Shown: positions 23,385 to 35,786 of the stretch, in pieces
Position numbering within the stretch: position 1 is the stretch's first letter
Layout of the letters: each line of letters starts with the position of its first letter
From: Chiloscyllium plagiosum
Lineage: Eukaryota
Assembly: GCF_004010195.1 (NCBI RefSeq)
Contig: NW_025215380.1
Span: 1 to 41,125, forward strand
Length of the DNA: 41,125 bases
Direction: 5' to 3'
Position numbers and translations under genes: made by a program
The notes under the pieces: model-generated
What the model was told of the DNA's origin: nothing
Databases searched by the model: none
Seen by the model: only the letters and a program-made list of their open reading frames with translations

Positions 23385-23875
23385 AGTCATAGAGGTGTAC
23401 AGCACAGAAACAGACCCTTTGGCCCAACCCGTCCATGCCGACCAGATATCCCAACCCAATCGAGTCCCACCTGCCAGCACCCGGCCCATATCCCTCCAAA
23501 CCCTTCCTATTCATAAACCCATCCAAATGCCTCTTAAATGTTGCAATTGTACCAGCCTCCACCACTTCCTCTCGCAGCTCATTCCATACACGTACCACCC
23601 TCTGAGTGAAAAAGTTGCTCCTTAGGTCTCTTTTATATCTTTCCCCTCTCACCCTAAACCTATGCCCTCTAGTTCTGGATCCCCGACCCCAGGGAAAAGA
23701 CTTTGTCTGTTTACCCTATCCATGCCCCTCATGATTTTATAAACCTCTATAAGGTCACCCCTCAGCCTCTGACGCTCCAGGGAAAACAGCCACAGCCTGT
23801 TCAGCCTCTCCCTATAGTTCAAACCCACAACTCTGGCAACATCCTTGTAAATCTTTTCTGAACCCTTTCGAGTTT
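23385..23875 (-). mobile_element. CR1/HER1-type LINE 3' fragment
   Basis: RGERYKRDLRSNFFTQRVVRVWNEL...FKRHLDGFM; closely similar to the reverse complement of 10950-11470. Confidence 0.92.
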
Positions 23876-24454
23876 CTTATGAGTTAACCACTTCGCTGTG
23901 GATCTGGCTCCATATAGGCTGGACCAGGAAAGGATGAGAGTTGCCTTCCCTGAAGGACATTCATAGAAGTAGGCCCTTTGGCCTTTCAAAACTGCCACAG
24001 TTCAGTATGATCAGGGCTGATCATGTTTCACCCTCTCCCCATATTCACCCTCTCCCCATTCCCACCCTCTCCCCATTCCCACCCTCTCCCCATACCCTTT
24101 GATCCCCCTTAGCTGCCAGGCCCATGTCCAGCTCCCTCTATCTAATGAACTGGTCCCAACAGCTTCCTGTGGGAGAGAATTCCTCAGCTTCACAACTCCC
24201 TGAGTGAAGAAATTCTTCCTCATCTCAGTCCTGAATAGCCTATTTCTTATTCTTCGATCGCGACCCCTTAGTTCCGGACTCCCCCCAACTTTGGGAACAT
24301 TTTTCCCACATCTCGGCTTTTGTATGTTTCTAGGAGATTCCCCACCCCCTCCCATTCCTTCTAAATTCCAGTGAGAACAAGCCCAGTCTTTCTTCATATG
24401 TCAGTCCCGATGGGTTTTCCCGTTAGTGAACCAGACACACACACTCCCTCCCCT

Positions 24455-24704
24455 CCCCCCGAAGAGTAACCCACCCAGACCCATTCCCCTACATGTACCC
24501 CTGACTAAAGTGCCTAACACTATGGGACAATTCAGCATGGCCAATTCACCTGACCTGCACATTTTTGGACTGTGGGAGGAAACCCACACAGACACTGGGA
24601 GAATGTGCAAACTCCACACAGTCAGTCAGTCTGCCCGAGGCTAGAATCGAACCCAGGTCCCTGGCGCTGTGAGGCAGCAGTGCTCACCACTGAGCCACCG
24701 TGCC
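24455..24704 (-). mobile_element. HE1/V-SINE-like element with intact tRNA-derived head
   Basis: On the - strand ggcacggTGGCTCAGTGGtgagcactgctgcctcacagcgccagggacctgGGTTCGATTCtagcc (Pol III A and B boxes). Confidence 0.88.
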
Positions 24705-25489
24705 ACTCCCTTCACAGACATCCGACTTTGCTGAAAACAAGAGTCAGTGCTACATTGCTGGTTGTGGGCTTTGCTCAACATTGGAGTGAATAATGGGTAA
24801 AGCTTTACTGTGTGCCTTCCCAGGCCTGTTTTGCTGATTTTCAGAGGGTACCATTTACCCGAGGGCAAACATGGGTCAGTGATGAGCCTGGAGAGGGCAC
24901 TTGTTGGTAAAACAGCTGACAATTACCTTTCATCATTGTTCCAACGTGTACAGTTTGTTCCTGCTTTCATTGCCAGAAAATACATAATCTGGATTCATGT
25001 TGCTGCCAACAAAAACGGCCTTAATCTCTTTTTTTTAGATCTTTGGAGTCAAATGTCTGTGGGAAATGCGGATCAGCGTTTTCGCTCAGTGATGTGAAAA
25101 CAGTTATCTCTCTGTGAAATGTTAGAAATGCTTTTTTGGGTCTCTCAGCTGCTCAGAATAATTCCAATAGAATTTATTTTGTAATTCTCTTTCAAAGGGT
25201 AGTGTTTACATGAAGCAGCGTGTTAGAGTGGGGGACAGGAGGGACCGAGGGAGGGACCAGCCTGGGAAACAGATGGCCATTGTAGATAAGAGCGCTGGGA
25301 CTGAGCTCTATCTGCAAATCCGTCCACTGCCGGTGCGTCCACTCCCAGCTGTTCTGTTTATTGGATGCTGGTTAGGGGAGAAGCTGCAGGACTCAGGGGG
25401 GTGGGGGTGGGGGTGGGGTCAGAGGTTGCCATCTCTTGTGTGAGCCATTATAAGGTGCGGGCGGCAATGAAGAAATGTTATCAAGTCAT

Positions 25490-25745
25490 AAAGTTGTACG
25501 ACACAGAAACAGACCCTTCGGTCCAACTTGTCCAGATATCCCAACCTAATCTAGTCCCATTGGCCAGCACTTGGCCCATATCCCTCTAAGCTTTTCCTGT
25601 TCATATGCCCATCCAGATGCATTTGAAATGCTGTAATTGTACCAGCCTCCACCACTTCCTCTGGCAACTCATTCCATACACGTACCACCCTCTGCATGAA
25701 AAGGTTGCCCCTTAGGTCCCATTGCCCTCTCACCTTAACCCTATA
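25490..25745 (-). mobile_element. CR1/HER1-type LINE 3' end
   Basis: DLRGNLFMQRVVRVWNELPEEVVEAG. Confidence 0.85.
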
Positions 25746-25959
25746 TCCTCCGCCCCATGGACCAAGGAGCTGAAATCAGAGGTGAGGTGAGGGCCCTTGA
25801 CATCAAGGAGTCCTGGTCAAGCTGGAGTCAGGAATCGGGTTGGGTTGGGGATCATACCGGGCTGAGAGGAAGATGGTTGACGTTGTTGAAAGCCAGGTCG
25901 ACACAGTCGCTGTGTGAGTTCCCACTTGATAGCATCCTGTTCACCCCCATCTTTAATAG

Positions 25960-26520
25960 CCCCTCCCTCCAACCCCAATGCTCAGTAGCAGCAGTGTGTA
26001 CCATCTACAAGATACCCTGCAGAAACTCCCCAAACATCCCTTCCCTCCACCCCCCGACGCTCAGTAACAGCAGTGTGTACCATCTACAAGGTACCCTGCA
26101 GAAACTCACCAAAGACCCTCAGGCAGCACTTTCCAAACCCACAGCCACTTCCATCCAGAAGGACAAGGGGCAGCAGATCCATGGGAACACCACCCCCTGC
26201 AAGTTCCCCTCCGAGCCCCTCCCCATCCCGACTTGGAAATATATCGGCCGTTCCTTCAGTGTGGCTGGGTCCCAATCCTGGAATTCCCTCCCTAAGGGAC
26301 ATTGTGGGTCTACCCACAGCACATGGACTGCAGCGGTTCAAGAAGGCAACTCACCCCCACCTTCTCAAGGGGGGCAACTAGGGACAGGGGCAGTAAATGC
26401 AGCTCACCCCCACCTCAAGGGGGGGGCAACTAGGGACAGGGGCAGTAAATGCAGCTCACCCCCACCTTCTCAAGGGGTGGTAATAAATGCTGGGCCCAGC
26501 CAGAGACACACACATCCATG
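25960..26520 (+). mobile_element. Second-family LINE 3' end with two 79-bp units and about 2.5 tail repeats
   Basis: SVAAVCTIYKIPCRNSP..., LRQHFPNPQPLPSRRTR; tail gggcaactagggacaggggcagtaaatgcagctcaccccc duplicated. Confidence 0.88.
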
Positions 26521-26637
26521 ACACACTCGTGAGTTAGATTCTACCCCCCCACTCTTCGGCCAACCCCTCCGTCCCCAACAACATCACTCAGAAAGAAGAC
26601 CGCAATCAGACCACGTGGGGGTGGAAAAGTGAAGCTT

Positions 26638-26643
26638 TTTATT
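26638..26643 (-). promoter_or_regulatory. Candidate polyadenylation signal of the SAPCD-like gene (alternative at 27402-27407)
   Basis: TTTATT on + (AATAAA on -) about 1.4 kb past the stop, at the edge of repeat-poor sequence. Confidence 0.55.
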
Positions 26644-28064
26644 GAAGTGTCAGACTGAGGGCTGTGCTCACCAGGCAGTATGACAGCCGAGCTCTCCTGA
26701 TATCCTGCTGAGGTCTCCTCCAATGCTCACTGCGTGTGTGTGTGTGTGTGTGTATATATGAGAGAGAAAGTGTGCATGTGCGTGAGAAAGTGTGTATATG
26801 TATTTGAATGTGTGTGAGAGTGTGTTTAGCAATGTTTGGCTCCTGTGTTATTCACGGACGGCCATGCTTTCTGGAACTGCTGGCCTGGGAGTAGGGGCCG
26901 ATACCGTGAGCTGAAGTGAGGCTCAGTGATTGTGTGAATGTGGGGAGGTAGCTCTCCCTCCAATTCCCGGTGTCTGTTTTTGGTGACGGTGAGTGGGATG
27001 TTCCCCCAGGGGTGGATGCCTGTGAGCAAATTGTCTATGAAGTTGTGGAATAGTCAGTGAGAGCTTGTCACCTTCCATATCCCTGCCCCCCTCCCATCTT
27101 CCCCCTCTCTCTGTGTAACTTCCTCAGGCCAAACAAACTTTCACAAACCCTGCTTTCCTCCCCATCCCACGTCCCTCAGACCCTCCTCTCCAGTAATAGT
27201 GGCTTGCCTGGGCCTGGTTCCCTCCCTGTGCATCTCATTCCTTCCGAGAATGACCCCTCCCCTCTGACTGAGCCCGGGGTGACCCTAGCCAGCCCAGTTA
27301 TCCCAACCTGGGGAGGCACATTCAACAGCAAAAAGCAAAGGGTCGAGAGGGGGGAGGGGGTCTGGTTGGGGGTGGGGGCTTACAGAGTCTGCAGGCACCA
27401 TTTTATTAGGGTGGGTGACTGGGAACTCTCTGCCAACGCCCCCACTTGTCCCCACTCCACCACCACCTCTCTCTCTCTCTCTCTCTCCACTGGGACCCTC
27501 CCTCATCCCCAGGGAATAAGGAGAAGGAGAGGGGACTGGATGAAGATATTCTGGGATCGCTGCCCATTGAATCAGAGAATGGCTACCTAAGGCAGGAGGC
27601 CATTTGACCCATCGTGCCCATGCTGGCCCTTTCTCCCTTCCCCCTTTTCCACTCACCCCCCCACCCCCAGTGCAATAATTTCCCTCTTCGAGTAACCCGT
27701 TGTCCTCCAATTTGCTCCCCCCCACCACCCCACCACAGCCTCTTCCACACCCACACACTGGCCGTGTTTCTGTCTCTTGTCATTTCCCCTGAACTCTGAG
27801 CCTTTTAGTTCTCCAACAGTTTCTCCCAATCCCCTCTCCCAGCCGGCTCACGAGTCCTCTACCTTTAACCTCCAGCCCCAATGCAATGGCACAGCTGCCT
27901 ATCCTCTTGCGTTGTCGCCATCCTCTGATTCCTTAGTGACGATGGTGCAGCTCCCCCACATTCGGCCTGGAGAACTGGGGGGTGGGTGGGGGAGGCCCAG
28001 GGCTCTCCTGACACCCCCCTGCCCCCCATTAGTGGTGACCTTATTGACCGAAGCCTCGGGCAGC

Positions 28065-28193
28065 TTAGACGAAGGTGGAGCTGTCACAGGCAGCGTAGCT
28101 ATAACCTTCCAGTTGATCGTCCAGTAGCTGCTTTATGAGAATTGCCTTCTCGTGTTCCAACTGAGTGATCCTCTGGCTTTTCCTGGACACCTC
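28065..28193 (-). CDS. SAPCD1: SAPCD-like terminal coding exon: EVSRKSQRITQLEHEKAILIKQLLDDQLEGYSYAACDSSTFV*
   Basis: On the - strand gacccacag|GAG ... TAA; EV..KS.RITQLE.EK..LIKQL and terminal STF[VI] match the SAPCD2-type C-terminus as I recall it. Confidence 0.88.
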   Translation of the reverse strand, partial: EVSRKSQRITQLEHEKAILIKQLLDDQLEGYSYAACDSSTFV

Positions 28194-29027
28194 CTGTGGG
28201 TCAGAAACCCCAAGCGGTAAAGACTGTGCCTCTTTACTGTCGTGTATTGTTACGTTGTGGACTGAAAGGTGAAGGAACCCCTGCACATAAATTGCTTGAC
28301 ATTTTGGAAAGTCAGTCAGTGTACTCTGACAGCAAGCATTGTTCCCACAGCTGCTTGAGCAAGCAGTTATGGAATTGACTGCGGACTAACAGAAGACCAG
28401 GGGTTCTGAATCCAAATGGACAAAAGTGTTGATTGGTCTAATTGTTGATGACAAAGCCCTTTTGCCCAGCCACAGCCATGTGATTGGTTGACAGGTAACT
28501 GGTAGCTGAGGGAAGTGGGGAGCTATGGTGGCTGAGAACAAGATAGAGAGCAGGGGTCAGATCACCACAAGCTCTGGAGCTATCTCTCTTCTCTGCACCC
28601 AAAACCTATCTTAAACCTGAAGTTCATCTTGCCTTGTTGTTATGACCTGTGACTTTTAATTGGTAAATCAGGGACTTCTTGTCAGGGAACCAGCCACCCT
28701 GTGTCTCTTACAAACCAGTTGATTTGTAATGATAAAGAAAAATGAAGAACAAAAACCTCCCGATCAGCAGGAACCATCTCAACACATCATGTGAACAAAG
28801 ACTACTGAACCAGTTCGTCAGTGTTTTCTCCTTGTGAATTTCCCCACCCCTATCTACGTCTGTTATGTCTGTGTGTAAGAAGTTTAGAAGGGATTAGAGT
28901 TGTATTGCGGTGTTATAGTCCAATTGTGCTTAACCAATTCTTAAGGCTAGATCTAGTTACTTGTAATAATTAGTCATTCTTGTTGAGCAGAGAAACCTGG
29001 TCTATATTTTCAAGCAGCCTGGGTCAT

Positions 29028-29352
29028 GGGGAAGTGATGGCCTAGTGGTATTACTGCTAGGCTGCTAATCCAGAGACTCTGAGGACCTGGGTTCAAATCC
29101 TGCCATGGCAGATGGTGGAATTTGAATTTGATTAAAAATTTGGAATTAAGAGTCTAATGATAACCATGAATCCATTGCTGGAAAACCCCACCTGGATCAG
29201 GAAGGGAAACTGCTGTCCTTACCTGGTCTGGCCTACATGTTACTCCAGAGCCACAATGACATGGTTGCCTCTTAACTGCTTTTTGGGTAATTAGGGATGT
29301 GCAATAAATTCTGGCTGAGCCAGTAATGTCCTCATCCCATGAATCAATAAAA
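29028..29352 (+). mobile_element. tRNA-derived SINE (second family)
   Basis: tggcctagtgg / gggttcaaatcc boxes; homologous to 15641-15980. Confidence 0.78.
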
Positions 29353-29609
29353 AAGTTCAGGTCAGTTGGGGAACCTCATTTTGAATGGTTGTGCTGAATC
29401 CAGCAGACGAGCCCAGTCAGGGGAAGACACAAGATTGGGGCCTACTTGTGTTTCCATATCAGGGTACACCTGGAACAACAACACAGAGGGTCACCCCACT
29501 GCTGTGTGTACAGAGCTTCTGGGTTAGGGTAGAGTCTGTTCAGCCCATAGACAGCTCCTCAGGGAGTCCATCCCATTCCCTACACATATGGGCTTGGCAC
29601 TCATCAACC

Positions 29610-30395
29610 CATACAGAACAGAAACAGACCATTTAGTCCAACCCATCCACGCTGACCAGATATCCTAAATTAATCCAGTCCCATTTGCCAGCATTTGGTT
29701 CATATCCCTCTAAACCCTTCCTATTCATATACCCATCCAGATGCTTCTTAAATGGTGTAATTGTACCAGCCTCCACCACTTCCTCTGGCAGCTCATTCAA
29801 TACACGTACGTGCTGCGTGAAAATGTTGCCCCTCAGGTCTCTTTTATATCTTTCCCCTCTCACCCTAAACCTATACCCTCTAGTTCTGGATTCCCCAACC
29901 CCAGGGAAAAGACTTGTTCTATTTACCCTATCCATGCCTCTCATGATTTTGTAAACCTCTATAAGGTCACCCCTCAGCCTCCGACGCTCCAGGGAAAACA
30001 GCCCCAGCCTGTTCAGCCTCTCCCTGTAGCTCAGATCCTCCAACCCTGACAACATCCTTGTAAATCTTTTCTGAACCCTTTCAAGTTTCACAACATCTTT
30101 CATTTGGCAGGGAGACCAGAATTGCACACAATATTCCAACAGTGGCCTAACCAATGTCCTGTCCAGCTGCATCATGACCTCCCAACTCCTGTTCTCAATC
30201 CTCTGACCAATAAAAGAAAGCATACCAAACACCTTCTTCACTATCCTATCTGCCTGCGACTCCACCTTCAAGGAGCTATGAACCTGCACTCCAAGGTCTC
30301 TGTGTTCAGTAACACACCCTAGGACCTTACCATTAAGTGTGAAAGTCCTGCCCTGATTTGCCTTTCCACAATGTGGCACCTCGTGTGTATCTAAT
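29610..30395 (-). mobile_element. CR1/HER1-type LINE 3' fragment with an uninterrupted ORF2 C-terminal frame
   Basis: ORF 29633-30418: RDLGVQVHSSLK...LVRPLLEYCVQFWSP...SLERRRLRGDLIEVYK. Confidence 0.93.
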
Positions 30396-30594
30396 TTTTC
30401 ATTTTCTTTCATCTTCATCTACATCTCAAATTCCCATTTTCAAGAGCAAGTCTTGCATCTGCTTCCACTGCTTGGTCAGAGGGTCAGTCACCAGACCACA
30501 TCAACTGAAACTCTGAGGGGGAGGCAGGAGAAGAGGAGACACAGCTTGTCAGTATGATGCTAACTGACAGATTTGGGGATGAATCTCAGCGTTA

Positions 30595-31320
30595 CACTGC
30601 AGCATGCTACTGTACAGGGGGACCTGGGTGTCCTTGTGTCTGAATCACAAAAAATTGGTTTGCAGGTGCAGCAGGTAATTAGGAAGGCAAATGGAATATC
30701 ATTGCGAGAGGGATGGAGTTTAAAAGCAGGGAGGTTATGTTGCAGCTGTACACGGTGCTGATGAGAGTATACGTGGAGCTCTGCGTGCAGTTTTGGTCTC
30801 CTTACTTGAGAAAGGATGTATTGACACTGGAGGAGGTGCAGAGGAGGGTCACTCGGTTGATTCCAGAGTTGAGGAGGTTGGTTTATGAGGAGAGACTGAG
30901 CAGACTGGGATTATATTGATTGGAATTCAGAAGAATGAGAGGGGATCTAACAGAAACATATAAAATTATGAAGGAAATGAATGAGCTAGAAGCAGGGAGA
31001 ATGTTTCCACTGGCAGGTGAAACTAGAATTAGGGGGCGCAGTCTCAAAATGAGGGGGAGCAGATTTCGGACAGAGCTGAGGAGGAACTTCATCACACTTC
31101 ATCATCTGTGAGATTCCCTGTCCAAGGAAGTGGTTGAGACAAACTTGTTGAATATTTTTATGGCAAAGATAGATTTTGGAACAGGAATTAAGGGTTGTGG
31201 TGAGCAAGAGGGTAAGTGGAGCTGAGTCCATGAAAAGATCAGCCCTGATCTTATTGAATGTTGGAGCAGGCTCGAGGGGCCAGACGGCCAATTCCTGCTC
31301 CTGGTTCTTAGGTTCTGATC
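30595..31320 (+). mobile_element. CR1-type LINE 3' fragment (different subfamily)
   Basis: GDLGVLV..; MLQLYTVL..CVQFWSPYLRKD; EFRRMRGDLTETYKI. Confidence 0.88.
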
Positions 31321-31769
31321 ACTGGGATATCCAAATTTGTGGATGAAACACAGACTGACTCTCCATAGAGTTAACAACAACAAAAAGGATAAAGGGGAGA
31401 GTGATTAAATAAATGGGTAAAATGCAGACAGATGGATTTTAAAGCTGCTTTAACTAAAAGGTTATGTATTTTGCAGTGACACAGGCGAGATCTGAGCTTT
31501 ATTTGCAGGGACTAGCCTAGAGTCGGCAAGTACAAAATCTAATCAGAGCGGTGAGTGGAATGTTAGCCTTTATGGTGGAATACGTGCAGTTGTACAGAAG
31601 GCCATGTTTGCCAACATCTGGAGCACTGTGTGTGGTTTTGGCAGCCACACCTTCCAAAATAGCAGACTGACCTTGGAAGGAATGCAGCGCAGTTTCACAG
31701 AATGTTACCAAGGCTTTCACTGGGTTACCAAAAGGTTATTTCTCCTTCCTTTGCAGGTTTGCAGCATCA

Positions 31770-32077
31770 CTGGGTGGGCCAGTGCCCATCGCCTGGCCCT
31801 AATTGTCCGTCAAGGGGTTGGTGGTGAGCTACCTTCTTCAAATTACAGTCGTTAGCCTGTACGGAGACCCACAATGTCCCTTAGGGAGGGAATTCCAGGA
31901 TTGGGACCCAGCCACACTGAAGGAACGGCCGATATATTTCCAAGTCGGGATGGGGAGAGGCTCGGAGGGGAACTTGCAGGGGGTGGTATTCCCATGGATC
32001 TGCTGCTCCTTGTCCTTCTGGATGGAAGTGGCCGTGAGTTTGGAAGGTGCTGTCTGAGGGTCTTTCCACGGTGTGTC
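31770..32077 (-). mobile_element. Second-family LINE 3' end adjoining the large 79-bp array
   Basis: Reverse complement of the 21170-21411 segment. Confidence 0.88.
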
Positions 32078-33625
32078 TTGTAGATGGTACACACTGCTGT
32101 TACTGAGCGTCGGAGGGTGGAGGGAGGGGATGTTTGGTGTGTTTCTGCAGGGTACCTTGTAGATGGTACACACTGCTGTTACTGAGCGTCGGAGGGTGGA
32201 GGGAGGGGATGTTTGGGGAGTTTCTGCAGGGTACCTTGTAGATGGTACACACTGCTGTTACTGAGCGTGGGGGGTGGGAGGGAGGGGATGTTTGGTAAGT
32301 TTCTGCAGTGTATCTTGTAGATGGTACACACTGCTGTTACTGAGCGTCGGAGGGTGGAGGGAGGGGATGTTTGGTAAGTTTCTGCAGTGTATCTTGTAGA
32401 TGGTACACACTGCTGTTACTGAGCGTCGGAGGGTGGAGGGAGGGGATGTTTGGTGTGTTTCTGCAGGGTACCTTGTAGATGGTACACACTGCTGTTACTG
32501 AGCGTCGGAGGGTGGAGGGAGGGGATGTTTGGTAAGTTTCTGCAGTGTATCTTGTAGATGGTACACACTGCTGTTACTGAGCGTCGGAGGGTGGAGGGAG
32601 GGGATGTTTGGTAAGTTTCTGCAGTGTATCTTGTAGATGGTACACACTGCTGTTACTGAGCGTCGGAGGGTGGAGGGAGGGGATGTTTGGTAAGTTTCTG
32701 CAGTGTATCTTGTAGATGGTACACACTGCTGTTACTGAGCGTCGGAGGGTGGAGGGAGGGGATGTTTGGTGTGTTTCTGCAGGGTACCTTGTAGATGGTA
32801 CACACTGCTGTTACTGAGCGTCGGAGGGTGGAGGGAGGGGATGTTTGGTAAGTTTCTGCAGTGTATCTTGTAGATGGTACACACTGCTGTTACTGAGCGT
32901 CGGAGGGTGGAGGGAGGGGATGTTTGGTAAGTTTCTGCAGTGTATCTTGTAGATGGTACACACTGCTGTTACTGAGCGTCGGAGGGTGGAGGGAGGGGAT
33001 GTTTGGTAAGTTTCTGCAGTGTATCTTGTAGATGGTACACACTGCTGTTACTGAGCGTCGGAGGGTGGAGGGAGGGGATGTTTGGTGTGTTTCTGCAGGG
33101 TACCTTGTAGATGGTACACACTGCTGTTACTGAGCGTCGGAGGGTGGAGGGAGGGGATGTTTGGTAAGTTTCTGCAGTGTATCTTGTAGATGGTACACAC
33201 TGCTGTTACTGAGCGTCGGAGGGTGGAGGGAGGGGATGTTTGGTAAGTTTCTGCAGTGTATCTTGTAGATGGTACACACTGCTGTTACTGAGCGTCGGAG
33301 GGTGGAGGGAGGGGATGTTTGGTAAGTTTCTGCAGTGTATCTTGTAGATGGTACACACTGCTGTTACTGAGCGTCGGAGGGTGGAGGGAGGGGATGTTTG
33401 GTGTGTTTCTGCAGGGTACCTTGTAGATGGTACACACTGCTGTTACTGAGCGTCGGAGGGTGGAGGGAGGGGATGTTTGGTAAGTTTCTGCAGTGTATCT
33501 TGTAGATGGTACACACTGCTGTTACTGAGCGTCGGAGGGTGGAGGGAGGGGATGTTTGGTGAGTTTCTGTAGTGTATCTTGTCGATGGTACACACTGCTG
33601 CTGCTGAGCGTCGGGGGGTGGAGGG
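32078..33625 (-). repeat. 79-bp tandem array, about 19.5 copies, in the last intron of the SAPCD-like gene
   Basis: Unit ttgtagatggtacacactgctgttactgagcgtcggagggtggagggaggggatgtttggtaagtttctgcagtgtatc. Confidence 0.98.
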
Positions 33626-33889
33626 AGTCGAAGGTGGGGACGTGGTGTCAGTTGCATTAGTTTCCGGAAGTAAAGTTAGATTTGGTAGCTCGGTTGGCCG
33701 GACAGCTGGTTTGCAAAGCAAAGTGACAAAAACAGGAGGGTTCAATTTCCAGACTGAGGACTCGTCTTCCTAACCTGACCTTTCACTTTGAGGCTTAGTG
33801 ACCCTTATCTTAAACTCACCAGCTGACCTCTCCCTCCAACGAGGAAGCAGCCTCTGGGAGTTGGGCTGGTTTCATTCTGTGGAATATCT

Positions 33890-34168
33890 TGACTGGTACG
33901 AGAGGTCATAGTTTGAAGATATTAGGAGGAAGGTATAAAGGAGACGTCAGAGGTAGGTTCTTTACACAGAGAGTTGTGAATGCATGGAATGTGTTGCCAG
34001 CGATGATGGTGGAAGCAGAGTCATTGGGGATATTTAAGCGACTGCTGGACATGCACATGGTTAGCAGTGAGTTGAGGGCTATGTAGTTGAAGTTATTATA
34101 TTTTACATTAGGATTAAACCTCGGCACAACATCGTGGGCCAAAGGGCCTGTTCTGTGCTGTGTCTATA
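33890..34168 (+). mobile_element. CR1-type LINE 3' end
   Basis: TRGHSLKILGGRYKGDVRGRFFTQRVVNAWNVLP. Confidence 0.85.
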
Positions 34169-35053
34169 TCGATGGTTACAGAATGCCTTGTTTTACAAGG
34201 TAAGCTTGGATGGTAAGCAGGGAAGGTAAGCAGGGCCTGTATTTGCTGAAGAGGGAGAGGAGACTTGAGTGAAGAATTGTAGATTCTGAGAGGTCTTAAC
34301 CAGGTGCTTGTGGAGAGGAGGTTTCCTCTTGTGAAAGAATCTAGAACGGGAGATGGGGGGTGCACTGTTTAAAAATAAGGTGCCACTCAAATGAAACAGA
34401 TATGAGAAGAAATGTTCTGTCTCAGAATTGAGTCTTCAAAACAATCTCCCTCAATAATCAGGAAAAGTACTTTTACAGCAGTGGGAGGTGGATTCTTAGT
34501 AAGTAAGGGGGTGACAGGTTACCTCAGGAGGAGGAGAATGTGCAAAACCAGATCACCGCCTCATAGAATGAGGAGCAGGTTCAAGGGGCCGAATGGCCTA
34601 TTCTTGCTCCTTGTTTGTGTGTTAGGAAGTGTGTCCTTCACAGAAAAGAAGCAGCAAACTAACTCCCAGAGTCGACGATGAGCAAGTTGAAATCTGAGAC
34701 TGATCTGAGTTTTGCTGGCCAAGGTTATTAATGGAAGGGAAGACAAGGTGGGCGGATGGAGTGAGGGTAAAGCTCAGATCTCATTGAATGAACAGGACAA
34801 GCTGGAGGGGCTGAATGGTCCCCCTTTTTGTTCCTGTGTTGCCTAATGACCCCCAGCGAATGCCACCTATTGGTTGCATTAATCAACCATTGGGATTGGA
34901 CCAATGCAGCTGATATCGGGCTGGATGGTGCCTTGTTCAGATTGCCATTTGTCAGTGGGGAATGTCCATGAGTCCCTCCTGCCTGATAGCCTCCAAGTCT
35001 GATAGTCCCTTCAGGGACGTTGGTGGTGAATAATCCACACAGGTATTTCCTAC

Positions 35054-35179
35054 CTTGGTCAGCCAGTAGTTGTGCTGTTTCAGTACCTCCAGGTTCTGTT
35101 GCTGGGACCTCCTGACTTTCGCTCTCGGGGTCAGAGGTTCTGGGTCAGCCTGTCCCGTGTGGCAGTGTGGTAGAAACAT
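35054..35179 (-). CDS. SAPCD1: SAPCD-like exon: MFLPHCHTGQADPEPLTPRAKVRRSQQQNLEVLKQHNYWLTK
   Basis: On the - strand ttgttacag|ATG ... AAG|gtagga; 126 nt; QQQ....LK..N..LT resembles the start of the SAPCD2 coiled coil. Confidence 0.82.
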
Positions 35180-35786
35180 CTGTAACAAGCAAGGACTGTT
35201 CAGGTGACGAGGAACACCCCCCCCACCTTGCGGTTCTCAGTTTGCACTTCTAACCACAGGAACGGTTGGAGGTGCGGGGCTTTACCCCACTCTCACTTAA
35301 CGGAGCGCACGGCTGCTCGATTTAAGGAGGAGGCATGGGGTGTATTTCTCGCCTCCACCCCCTCCCTGCCCGGTGGACTTTATCATCGGTTGGCAAAGCG
35401 TTCAAGATGTGCCCCTGCAGATACCTCAGTGTGAATCTAACAAGAGCATCAGTAATTTTGAGTAAACCCGGCCAACATAATTAATCAAAAACAAAATAAA
35501 TATTTCTCTTTATAATGAAACAGGAACAGGAGGAGGCCATTCAGCCCTTCGAACCTGCTCCCCCATTCAATATGATCATGGCTGACCATCCAACTCAGCC
35601 CCCATTCCCAATTTCTCCCCCAAACCCTTTGATCGATTTGCCCTAAGAACTGTATCTAACAGCCTTTTAGATCCACAGAATCGGCACAGAAACAAACCCT
35701 TCTGTCCAGCATGTCCATGCCAACCAGATACCCAAACGTAATCTAGTCCCATTTAACAGCACTTGGCCCATATCCCTCTAAACCCT

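Noticed and set aside
24630..24704. Possible tRNA gene
   Set aside because: A and B boxes are present but run straight into the SINE body; this is a tRNA-derived SINE head
25757..26521. 254-aa ORF, and similar ORFs at 14746-15405 and 21056-21424
   Set aside because: Frame-shifted read-through of decayed LINE sequence and its tandem repeats, not a host gene
28248..29490. Possible second solo LTR beginning TGTTACG and interrupted by a SINE
   Set aside because: I could not find a matching CA end with a target-site duplication
29633..30418. 261-aa ORF as an active or domesticated retroelement gene
   Set aside because: Only the C-terminal part of CR1 ORF2; endonuclease and RT core are missing (5'-truncated copy)
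32078..33625. Repeated perfect GTAAGT donor words in the B units
   Set aside because: They are on the + strand, antisense to the host gene, so they cannot act in its pre-mRNA
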